Shown here one piece after another: positions 1-12,100 of a stretch of DNA of 20,000 bases (position 1 is the stretch's first letter; each line of letters opens with the position of its first letter). Both the position numbers and the translations under genes were made by a program. The notes below the pieces were generated by a model. The model was not told the DNA's origin and did no database searches. It was given only the letters and a program-made list of their open reading frames with translations. The stretch comes from Catajapyx aquilonaris (taxonomy: Eukaryota), in NCBI GenBank assembly GCA_000934665.2, contig KZ538377.1:56640-76639 (forward strand), read 5' to 3'.

Positions 1-190
1 AAATCGATGGGGAAGTGCACCGAGCTGGAAATGAGAGAAAGGCACTACGCTAGAATGGGCCTTGAATGAAATTTTCGCATCCTGTCCCTTATGCAACCCT
101 CCAGGGCGTGCTTTCCGCCTGGGAGGCCTACCGTGCACTGCATCCATTATTTTGCGGTTCACAAAATTTTTTTTACGGAGTCTTGATATA

Positions 191-398
191 GCCTGTAATG
201 CTGAAGTGGTTTAGCCCACAGCCTTACCACTTCTGAGATCCCGAGTTTGATCCCTGGATCATGCAGAGAGTTTTCTCACGTGGAAGGAGTTTCGATAGGT
301 TTGCTTTTGTGAAAGTCTAGAAGCTTAAAATCTGTCATCAGCAGCGCAGTGACTTAACAACAACAACAACAACAACAACAACAATAATAATAATAATA

Positions 399-478
<80 letters not shown>
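191..478 (+). mobile_element. tRNA-derived SINE-like element with (AAC)n(AAT)n tail
   Basis: Degenerate Pol III box A (TGCTGAAGTGG, 199-209) and box B (GAGTTTGATCCC, 243-254) at tRNA-like spacing; short body; microsatellite tail. Confidence 0.55.
356..478 (+). repeat. Compound microsatellite (AAC)9 plus (AAT)~32 with one AGT interruption
   Basis: Directly visible. Confidence 0.97.
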
Positions 479-480
<2 letters not shown>

Positions 481-1937
481 CTGGTGAACTAGGAGCCACT
501 TGACATTAATATTGTGTTGACATTTGTGTCAATGAAAATCTCTGTTTGCAAATAAGTTCTCATTTAAATTATGCATGGCTTCCGTTACTCTGCGGACGAT
601 TAAATATTCTGCGAACGAACAGCATTCAACATTCAGAGCTGCAGACCAAGGAAGGGTTTAATTTATGAAGTTGCGTAGAACATTAATTCATGTGTATGCT
701 GTTCTTGGGCACTTCGCATCATCTGATGTCTGCTTGAGTTTGCAGCCTGAATCCTTCGCGATGTGCTTTATCGGATCATTAATTCTTTAGTAGGCCTACT
801 TTCTGCATAATGACTGAAGCCAGTCAATAGCTACGAGGTTGATAAAGAGGTTGAAGAGCAAAACCCAGGGGGAGTCAGAATTTTGTCTTTCATAATGTCA
901 GCATGCATAATACACAGGGCTATTCAACTTCCTTCGACATATTTCTAATACGATTGATTGTGACAATTTTGGATATATTACTGTTATGCGAATGACGAAA
1001 CATAAATTCGATGCGATTATCTGCTTCGTGGTAGGAAATCAACTGGAGCAATTTTGTCGTGCTCATCACACCATGTATCATGTCAAATTACCGGGAATTT
1101 AAAATAATGAGGTCAATGTGAATCGAAGCTGAAGTTGTAGCAAAATTGTTTTGGCAAACATATCTCGTTCATACGCTCCTCCAGGTATGTTTAAGCCCCT
1201 TCAACGTTGACTCGCATGAGTGAATATTTACTCTAGACAATTTCTTACAAAAAAAAATCCTGAGGAAACACCCGGGACAGCATCCCAAGCCTTCCCCAAC
1301 CAATCCAGACTTGCTCCAGAATCTTGATCCGGGAGAGGCCAGGAGGACGGAAAGGGCCTGATTAGCCCAAAGGTAGAAGAAACTCCTGCCATCGTTTTCC
1401 GGAGACAAACTCCGGCACACTGCAAACTTCTAAGCTCATTAGCGCGCCAGGCTGCCTTGCTTCCACTTCCCCAAAACCTGTGACTATAGCAACACGGGGC
1501 CTCGACGCCTAGGGCACAAAAACCAGGCTATGCCCCACATAATTCATGTACTCGAGCCTCTCACCAAAAGCGGACTGCCCGATACTACCAGTTGTCTCAA
1601 AAATTCAATCCCCCTTTTTTTCCAGCCTCGTAATTGCATCAGGTACAGAACTGCATATGGCAGCCCTATTATTTACCACATGAGGCATGAAACTCGTTAA
1701 TGCATTCGTTCCCCCACAAAATGCACAGCCCGGGGATCTCCACTTTTTTTTTTTTCCAACCCATGAATTTTTCACAACACATCGGAGTTCATTGCACGGA
1801 ACCATTTTTTAAGCGTATATACACCAGCAGGACATACTTTATAGTTGGAGTTCAACAGGTTCTCTTGACTTAAAAACTTCTTCCACAACCTGAATTCGGT
1901 TCATGGCCAATTGCGTCTTTTTGGCTCGGGGGGGGGG

Positions 1938-1938
1938 N
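1938..1938. other. Assembly gap or ambiguity (N) next to a poly-G run
   Basis: Single n after the G homopolymer. Confidence 0.9.
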
Positions 1939-2454
1939 TGCACTCACATGAAATAGTCTCGTCCACTTCCTATAATTTATAGGCACGGAGTTGGCGGTGC
2001 CAGATTGTCTGCTGCTCCAGAATGAGTTGGTTGAAACGTCACGAGTTTTATGGAGGACTAACCATATACGTTGGGTGTGTGCACACATTGTCAAATAAAA
2101 CGCGTGTAGTTATCGACCACTTCTTGCTAGAGGCATGAGCACCTGCTTGAAAACGCGAGGTGGAAATGAATGGTGGGAGTCCATTAGTGAGAAGTTATGG
2201 CTCCCAGAATCTCATAATATCACGGACAAGCTCCACGAAATTTCATTCCTTGGTCTCCAATCGCTACTGGCTCTATCGAGAGGTAAATCAGCCCTGAAAA
2301 CCAGACGTTCCTGTAAAAAATTCATTCCAGGATTGAACTTGTGTTGTCTGGAAGGCAGATTTTCCACCACATTTTGCACCAATCAGAAGCTACAGCCTCG
2401 TAACTTTTAAAAAGGTCATTAATGTTAAAATTAGCCGCTGAAGGCAAAAGAACC

Positions 2455-2850
2455 GTTGATGCTTAAAATAGCTGCTAATGCTAAAGAACTGCTAGGCTTA
2501 AACTAGCAGCTAATGCTAAAATCACTGTGCTTAAAATAGCAGCCACTGCTCAAAATAGCTGCTCATGCTAAAGAACTGCTAGGCTTAAACTAGCAGCTAA
2601 TGCTAAAATCACTGGGCTTAAACTAGCAGCTAATGCTAAAATCACTGGGCTTAAACTAGCAGCTAATGCTAAAATCACTGGGCTTAAACTAGCAGCTAAT
2701 GCTAAAATCCCTGGGCTTAAAATAGCAGCCACTGCTAAAAATAGCGCATAACCTAAAGAACTGCTAGGCTTAAACTAGCAGCTAATGCTAAAATCACTGG
2801 GCTAAAAATAGCAGTCGCTGCTAAAAATATCGCATAGCGCTAAAATTAGC
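2455..2850. repeat. Minisatellite, 33-bp unit GGCTTAAACTAGCAGCTAATGCTAAAATCACTG with variant units
   Basis: Near-identical tandem units at ~2582-2714, with degenerate flanking units. Confidence 0.92.
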
Positions 2851-2914
2851 AAACGACGTTTGTAGTTAGTGGACAATATGAATCGAGGTGTGAAATAAGT
2901 ATTTTCTTCCACAG

Positions 2915-3127
2915 AACACATGGGACCGTGTGCCAGCTGGACTTGCCAACATGGCGGGATGTGCGTTGAGAGAATGGGTCGAGCTGTGTGCGAATGCCCA
3001 ACGTGCAGTGCAGAGTTCGATCCAGTGTGCGGTTCAGATGGGATCAGCTACAACAACGACTGCAAGCTCAGACTAGAGGCCTGCCAACAGAGGAAGGAAA
3101 TCAACGTGCTCTACAAGGGACTTTGCA
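2915..3127 (+). CDS. Agrn: Agrin exon: follistatin/Kazal domain (HMGPCASWTCQHGGMC...PVCGSDGISYNNDCKLRLEACQQRKEINVLYKGLC)
   Basis: Acceptor ttttcttccacag|, donor |gtaagt, phase 1-1; Kazal Cys pattern. Confidence 0.93.
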
Positions 3128-6100
3128 GTAAGTTTTTCGGGATATAGTGGAGCTCTATAGAAAGAGCACGCCAACCGAGATCTCATCGATTTCAATTTTT
3201 TTTAAATAAGCCCTCAAAATTGCCTGTTTCCATACCATCCTAGTGTAAGTATTAAAAAGTGGGATGGGGAGGTGGATGTTCCCAGGACTAAACGGAAAAT
3301 GCCGCATTTAATATGTGGAAACGGGCTCTTTTATTGCGGGAACTGCAGTCATTTTTGGATCGTTTGATCCCATGCGTTATGCATTGTCAGTGATCTAACA
3401 TGGGTTCAGGCTGTCGCAATAAAATTGCCCTGCCCTGGGGGCCATTCAGAATAATAACGTACATCGTACATCTCTGTAATACTCTGATGACCTCACTCGC
3501 AAAAAGATGAATATTTAGTCGAACGAACCAAAATGTTTCATTCAACCAAATAGCTAACATAGGTTCTGCCAAACGTTTGGTTGACAAAACCAACATTTCG
3601 GTTACCGAGGTTAACACAGTCGAGTTGTTTTGGTTGTCCTGACTAAATATTTGGTTGAAACATATTATCCGTCAACCAGTTTTTCAATGTGACTAATATA
3701 ATTTTCGACGCAATAACCTAATTTATCTCAACCAGCGAGTTTTAGTTACTTCAACAATGTCTCTTTTTTTCAGTGTAACCGGTAACATTACAGAGTGTGC
3801 AGTAGACTAACAAAATATGCTATGGGAAAATTATCAACATGCAGGATAGATATCAAATGCTATAAAAATTAAGTCCGGCCGTTTCCCAGCCAGCTACCCA
3901 TTATCGTGGCTGACCAATTACAGCCAGTGTGAAAGGGCTATAAAACCACAGTAACTCTATTCCCTTAATGATGGAAATGAAGACCGGAACGAACCGATGT
4001 GACGCTCGTTCACCATTTTCCTTTTCGTTTTCGGAGAGCCGTCCCGCAAGTAGTCAGTTTAAAACCAAAAAAAACTTTGGGACGTGACTGATGACAGCCC
4101 AGGGGAGAGGCTGAGTCTAATTAGAACTTTGCCGTTAATTGCATCTGCCTGCTCATCACGACCGCAGCTATTTATTATCCAATCCCTCATCCAATTTTAT
4201 GGTATCGAAGCTGAACAGGCTAATGAAGTTGGCCCCGGTATGTTTTCGCTCAGAATTTTCAATGAACCCACACCCCGCCGGTATTATTTCCAATATTATT
4301 TCAGCAGATAAGCCGATCAGTTATTGGTACAAGGTGAGTAATCGCGACGTCGTCGCTGCGGCCATGATTAATCATCGCTTATCACTAGTCCCTCTTCCTA
4401 CTAGCGACGGGAAAATATAAGCAATGCAGCTAACCCTGCTACAAATCAGCAGCTACTGATGAACTTGCCAGATAACTTTTAAAAAATGGCCGTTAATGTT
4501 AAAATTAGCCGCTAAAAGCAAAAGAACTGCTAGACTTCAACTATAGCAGTTAATGCTAAAAGAACTTTGGGTTGAAAATAGCAGCTAATTCTAAAATAAC
4601 TTTGGGCTGAAAATATCAGTCACTGCTAAAATAGCAGATAACGTTAATGTAAGCAAATAACGTTAAAATTCGTAGCTGCTTAATATTTTTAGCACTTTTT
4701 CCCATCACTAAGTCATATTTCCCCACCCAAAATTTGTAATAATGGGTCGAGTCGAAAAGGCCTGTACTGAACTGCCCTCCTCTCTCTTCTCCGGTGCTGA
4801 CGAAGATTTAATCCGTGACTTTAGCAGTGATGGTAAGCCCTTTGCCCAAAGTGCTCGTCTCTGGCTTCTACGGTGCACTCTGCTATTTCCTTACCACCCT
4901 GCTCCTTCACTCTCACCCCTTCTTCCTATCCCTTTTCTTCGTCAAAGTCCTGCGAACTGGGAGGGGGACACACCAAAAAAGAAAATGTAATGGACTCTCT
5001 CGCCTTCGCTTTGTGAAAACCGCGTGAAGGTCTTGCAGCGACAGTTAAGGTGGATTAGGGTGTTATGGTGGCTGCGGCCGAAAATGGCGTTCGGTAATGG
5101 ATGCTGCTGTTGATATTACTCAGCTTGCAGTGGTATAGCGCTCGGAAAATTACGCTCCACTGGCCTGGAAGTACTACGCCAAGATAACCTTTCCCCGGGC
5201 CAAATAAGTGCCTCGCAGTTGAACAGCGACACTGTTTCAATGGGGCTCGTTACGTCGCTGTTCCGACTCTACGATGCTCGGAATAAGATGTGGGATGCCG
5301 TACAAAATAAAATAAGGTTGCTGAAAAATGCTTGGGAGAAACCTACTGAAGTCCGGCAGTTTATTGTTACAAAAAGCCATAAGCATGTTTTTTTTTTCTT
5401 CAGTGTGCTGATGTGGGAAGTTTCCAACCTGCCTGGGGTTTCATTGTTGATATTGGATATTTTTCGAAACTGTTGCTGGGAATGGGGAGCCGGAACTTGC
5501 AGGAGAATGTTGAGCATCCAGTGTACATGAGGCCATTCTCATGCAAAAGTTTGGAGGAAACGGGGGGGCTTGGCCACTGGTATTTTAGCCACAAAATATG
5601 GAAGCTGCATTGCGAGTATTATATGGTAAGACCTGGTGATGATTAATTGCCTTATTTTGCCTACAGTGTTTTGTTGGAAAATTCGCCTTTTCGAATGTAA
5701 CTTGAAAGCAAAATGCAACTGCATATTATGCGAAACTCGTCTGCAGTGAATTTAATGTTTGTCTTGGTAAAAGCTGGGGTAGTATACTTTACACAAATGT
5801 AGCTCATGGATGAATTACATTCATCAGAGTTTGTACATGAACTGCATGTATTGACTATTCAATTACAGTTCGGACTGGCCTCGCAGCCTGCAAAAGTTCA
5901 ATGTAGCTACTCTACAGAGCCTGTACAGTAAAGACACTGTAGCAGCGATACTAAAGCGCAGTTTTTTCACCAAGTTAAAGCGAGAGTGCTATTGGAAGGA
6001 AGGATAATGCGATCAACAGGTGGTGGGAGGGGGGTGGGGCGGGTGTCCAAAACAAACTTAATTTCCTGGCAAACTTTGGTCGCAGTTTCCTCCACCTGTA

Positions 6101-9100
6101 TACCTCCCGATAAAGCTACAGAACAATGAAGAAAAAGTGGACATGGGCTACATCAAAAGTAACCCGTTGGACCCCAAGGGAGAAGAGGGCAGAAAAAGCA
6201 AGGCAATTTTTATTACTTACACACAGGTGGGGAAACAAAGGGCACATACTGCTTTTTCATATCGCTATTATTAGTTTACCATTTCCGCCTAAATAACTAG
6301 AGAATGCGTACTGTAGTGTTGTGATACTTCCAAATCCCAGGTCGCCTGTTGATCGCACCATGTCTCTTGGAGAAAAAAAAACTTTTCTTCCTGCACACAG
6401 CACTTTCTTCCATCCCCCCTCCAATCTCTCTATCTTTCCTCACACCCTTTTTGCAAGCGATTTCAGCACCGATATCACTGCACTAGCACACTCTTTGGCC
6501 TCGATCACACCCCTTGTCTTTACTTGTCTTCCCTTGTGACGCTCTTTTCTGGCAGTTATATGCACATTCTCCAACGTGTGGCCAAGTTTAACTCTCATGC
6601 TTTTAGCCACTATTTTAATATAATAATTCAGAAAGGCGGATTCGGCTCGAATTTCTAACCGTGTAAAATTAATCCAAATATTAGGGAATTATGTAAATTT
6701 TGCACTGTATTCACTGCTTGTTCTTACAGTTAAAAAAGTAGTTTCGTCGCATTGCACCATATTCAGATTCGTATTATTGCACACGGTTATTTCGGAGCAT
6801 GAGAGTTACCTTTGCCCCCAAGCCTATGTATAACGACACATCTGTCTCTTTGTGTGTGTTTTAAGTGTGTGCCTCGCTTGCCCGAGCCAGCCAAAGAAAA
6901 GCACTCAGCATAACCGACGTCACTTTTATGCACCTTTCTTTCCGCACATCACCCGCCCAAAATCTGAATGTTTTTCTTGCACTTGTTTCGTGCACGTGCC
7001 TGTATACCGAAAAATGAAAACCTTCCGACGGACCACGCGACACGGAGACAGAGAGAGAGAGCCAACCACTGCTGGACCATCATTTTTTTTATTTAGCAAA
7101 TTGTATCGACCATATAGCCCCCCCCCCCCCAATCTCTGCGAAAAGCTGCCATTAAATGGAGGAAACCGGATATTTCTCAGAGTTCACCTTGGATTTTACA
7201 TGACACAAAAACATACATTGGTGTGCATTGCATGTATGTTTGTAATCGGTGTCACTCACTGGTGTATGGTCAGCACAACTTGCAGTGTTTGACATTGTTG
7301 TTTATTTACAGATGGATGTGAGAATAAGCAGTGCGACTTTTACGCCGTGTGTNCCCCCCCCCAACAAAAAAAAACTCGTGTTTTACAACAACACACGTCC
7401 AATTATTTCAAGATAGAGGACCGAATTAACCGGAGAGTGCCCTCAAAATAATGACACCTCCTGCTTTCCACTAATGAAACGAATTTTCGAGTGCCCATTG
7501 TACGAACCTGACGTGCGCTGGGCATACCCCCCACGCAAAATTGGTTCTCATAATCATCCAAAAAAAACTCGGTATCACACAGGATCAAAAGCTTGTTTCC
7601 CCTCGCTATGCAAGCATACTGATGGGCAAGTAATGCATCACTTCATAATATTTGATTACACATAGATACTGATGCAGAAACAATTCGGCCACTACAAATA
7701 ATTTTGACAAAAATATTCGGAGGAATATTTATTTACTTATTTATTAGATCAAATCATAAATTTTAGATATTAGGACTCAAAAAAGTTTGATTTTATGACT
7801 TTTTTCTCAATCAGCGGCAAGTAAGACATCGGTTTGCCGAGTTTCAGAACTTGCAGTAGTCCTGAAGTGGGTTATGTAGCCTGGAAATACAAACAGAGAA
7901 ACATTCTGCTTTATTATGCAAGATTTATTTATTTATTTATTGTTGTAAATTTACGCGCGTTACATTTTCCGACGGATTGTACTTGGCCGAATTTAGTTAC
8001 ACCGAATTGATCTGAAACGATTTCCGTTCCAGAACCGTGCTCCGGTGTGCGGTACCGACGGCACCACTTACAAGAACGAGTGCGACCTGCGTGTAGCAGC
8101 CTGCAAGAAAGAGCAGTTTATCGTCGTGGCCTCCAGGGGCGACTGCGGTGAGTAGTCAGCATGGCGTAGAAATGAGCCAGAACAGTCCTCCAACTTTTTT
8201 TTTTTCAAAGGGTGACACAAAAAAGTGCGACTCCGAATCGAGGGAGAGTTTGGGTCGTCCCTTTCACGGTTGAAAAGAGCTGACGGATTTGATCGGACAA
8301 AGTTTGTGGAGGGTGTGCCCGTTGGACCTCTCCATCACTTTTAGGGAGGGGTCCGGTGTGCCTCTTCGGTCATCGGATGCTGAGGGAGAGGAATCAAAAT
8401 GGGTGGGAATTTTTTTTGGGGGGGGGAGCGGGGCATACGTTTCAGACGAGAGGATTTTGCCACTTGGTTTCGTATACACACTGCAAAAGCGGGATTCAAT
8501 TACAAATCGGGTTTTGCTCGTTGCGGAACAGATTTGGGTGTAATTGAGCCGCGTGTAAGCCTGTCGCCTGCTTTCATTATGGGGTGAAATGTTCACACAA
8601 ATTGTGATTTTTTCCCCCTCCATGTGTACGATTTACGTACACCCAAGAACGGTTTATGTCATATTAACTTTGATATAAACGCACAATGTGCAAATGAGCA
8701 ATGTAATATTTACATCTTGACACTCACAGATTGAACTCGTCTCAAAGTGTTTCTATTACATGTCATATACAAAGCATCGCATTTGTGCGAAATGACAGCT
8801 GAAAGGATGAATACGCCATACCCATTCCCATAATGAATTTATCGATTATAGTTTGACTGCATGGTACAGTATATATTTGCGACTATTTAGTACTAATGGT
8901 CCCACGTCGGATGGAGCCATCTGTCTTGCCGAACACCACTTTACAACCAGTGACAAATTCTCCTTGATTCTATACAAACAGGATTAAAACCGATTTCTCA
9001 TCTCCCCCCACCTTTTTTCATCTCTCCCCAAAATCCAGTTACCCTATCGAATTATCATTCTGAGGGTTGAAAAATGGCAGGGCCCTGGTGCACCTCCGTT

Positions 9101-12100
9101 GAAAAATGCGTCTCACACTCCAGTGGTGCCTTTGTCTGTGCCGTCGATTCCATTCCCCCCCACCCCCTCCTTCCTCCAGCCCTTCGCATCCATCTGTCTC
9201 CTTCACTGCCAGACTACGCCAGACTTGTTTCATTACTTTCCTTGTCTTTGTCGCCCGGTGCACCAGTCCTATCGGATTCCGGGTGTCCGGACCCGCTTTA
9301 CGCATGGTCGGACTGAAATCTGGGGGACCGAAGTAGTGTATATTTGTCGGCAATTGCAATGGGCGTGCGGTGTATCAGTGTGGACAGGTTCAATTGAGTC
9401 AACCTGGTACGACGAAGAGCAAGTGTGGCAAACTATGACTTCAACTGAAGAGCACAGGGGAAAAGGGGGGAATGTCACACAAAAAATGTCCATGAAAAAT
9501 CGAAGAAATAGCTTTATTTCTTCACGTGTCTAAAGAATAATAGGGATATCTTCACGTCATTATATGCAACTGTCACCCTTGTACCCATGGAAAGCCTCCA
9601 GGTATAAGTGTCACCTGTGCTGCTATTGTACTGTGCACTTGGCAGGAACCCCAACGGAATTTGACATTCCCCCTTTTTCCCCTGTGCTCTTCAACTGTAT
9701 ACAGTCAAAATTCCTATACATGCTGGTGTTTCAAGTGTATTAGTCCTTTTAGTTACAAAAAAATGTCGCTCAAAGCTGTTATTTTTTGTAGCTAGTTTTG
9801 CCCCGATACAGCCATTGCTACATTAGACCACCTGAGGCACCTGTGTGGATCGGGGCACAACAAGCTACAAAAATATAACTACTTCGGGCGATATCATCAG
9901 GGGTCGAAATATTCGGATGCTCCAAAAGTGTCATGTGCACTCCAAACTGAGCCTTCGCGAGTGCAAAGTTTGCACTCCAGTTGGTCCTGCTTTTTAACAT
10001 AGCTTAACACAGTAATTAAATATTAAGCACTCCAAGTAAGCAATTTGCACTCCAGATGAAAGTCTGGAGTGCAAACTTTTCACCTGGACAAAAAAATAAA
10101 ATAAAAATCGACCCCTATAATCAGTGATTACTAAAAGCAACCCAGGAACTTGTGGAACAACCTGTACATGTAATATAAAAATCCTTTGTTGTGTGACCGA
10201 GGCGACTCTTCCGATTGGCCCCCGTTTTGCGCCGGCGCAATAGAATAAAGCAGCGCCTCTGGTGGATGGATTCATTCGTTAGCTGTCGGGCAGGAGGACC
10301 TAGAGAAATTCGAGCGAAGTGTTTTTTTCTCTATTACTGTATTATTGATCTACCTTCTGAGGTCAGCCAGAAAAGTGCTTTTTCTAACAGTGTTAATGCA
10401 TTATATCTTGACATTTTGAAGTGCTCCTGTAACTCAGGGTCCCCTCCGAGCTGCACGACACATCCAGACAAGCTGCTTTCAAACGGTCAGCTTTACACAG
10501 TATGTTCCATCCATTCACAGTCGCTGCCTAAAGCCAGTATTTACCGTCCCCATAATTTCACGCTTTTGAGCAAATACAACGGAGATAATAGCAAAGTGCA
10601 CAGTTCATGACGACGGGAGACTAAATAGGGTTATGCAAAAGTGTTTCGCGGTGTGGCTCCTTCCAGCATGAGGGGGTAGGCGGCCCGGAAAATGATGGAT
10701 GAGGAAAAGGGGTCTGACGGCATGCACAGGGGTGTCGGCCTCACTCTAATCCAATGGCGCTGCTCACCCACTAAGAGAATCAATAGGGAAGAAACGTCCA
10801 AGGAGGACCGCCCTTCCATCATTCCTCACTGCTTCTTACGACCTAAGATTTTCACACGATGTGACCTTTATTCCAGACCTGTGCCAGCATGTCAAGTGCA
10901 AGTTTGGCGCACGATGCGAGAGCGGGATGTGTGTGTGTCCGACGGACTGCCCGGCCACTTACGAGCCGGTGTGTGCCAGCGACGTCAAAACGTACGACAA
11001 TGAGTGCCAGATGCAGAAGGCATCGTGTCAGCTGGCGAGGCCTCTGCACGTCCTCTTCTACGGGGAATGCAAGGAGGGATTCGCGGCCGGAATCAGTGAG
11101 TATCCTTTACTATGTGCTTGGAAATTGGGATTGGGCTAAGAGGAATATGTTGGATGCAGGTTGTGTGCTGGGTGAGTGCTAAGCCGATTTTCAGGTTTTA
11201 TGTGGGGAACTAGACGGAGTTTATCAGAAAACTGTCAGTTAAGGTTAATGCTGCACTGGAATTTCTGCGGTGATTCAAGCCACTACTGCGTCCGACAGGT
11301 TTTCCGTACAACATAGCCTGATAGTGGCATGCAAAGTAAAGACCATGTAGTGAAAAATTAAGAACAATTAAACATGCTACTTGAAGATGCCTTGACAGAT
11401 AAGATGACAGGCACGTACTGTACATAGAATGTTCCAGTAATCAGCTCTTGTATAGTACATATCAGGTAAATCTGGCATAAGCGCCTGAGTCGGATTGTAA
11501 GCCGGATTAACAAGCATGCAATCAGGGTGCCAAAGTGAATCAGGCTAGCCAGTGATTTAAGTCGACTTTGGAACATTCGGAATAAGAAGTTCGTATTGTT
11601 TACCCTCCAACTACCAGTTGCGGCTTTCCGACTTAAATCTGCAAACACACAGTTATAGTTATAAATCCGGGCCTTGCACGACAGGGGTGATCCCACTGGT
11701 GCGCACGTGTATGAAAAGGCGCAGACTCATGTGATCGTGTTAATTATTTCCGGATTCTTTCCCCTCCCCTGCAACGAAAATGTAATAAGCTTATGAATAA
11801 TTGGCCAGACCTCGCTGCGCACTTTGCCTCTTAAGCCGTGGGGGTTGATATATAGACCCTGCCACCCCCTCCCTTCCGTTTATACCCGACCAAATTTTCC
11901 ATGAGGCTCCCTATGCCATTAATGATTCAAAGGGCCTCTGCTGTAAAGGGCTGACCAACGAAGGGGCGTGACCGGGAGCATCATGCCTGGAGTTGTCCAA
12001 TGAATCGCACTTGACACAGGTTGCTAGGGGAGAGACTCCTTCTGCCGGGATTCCAGGATGGTCATCCGGGAAAGCGGCCAATCTCCTCTACGGCCTAAAT

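Noticed and set aside
2455..2850. Regularly spaced ~33-bp repeats resembling a CRISPR array
   Set aside because: Units are contiguous with no unique spacers, no cas genes are present, and the context is a eukaryotic intron.
1169..11696. Short intronic ORFs (e.g. 6852-7292, 9099-9533, 10215-10610) as nested genes or transposases
   Set aside because: No domain motifs, and homopolymer-driven composition expected by chance.
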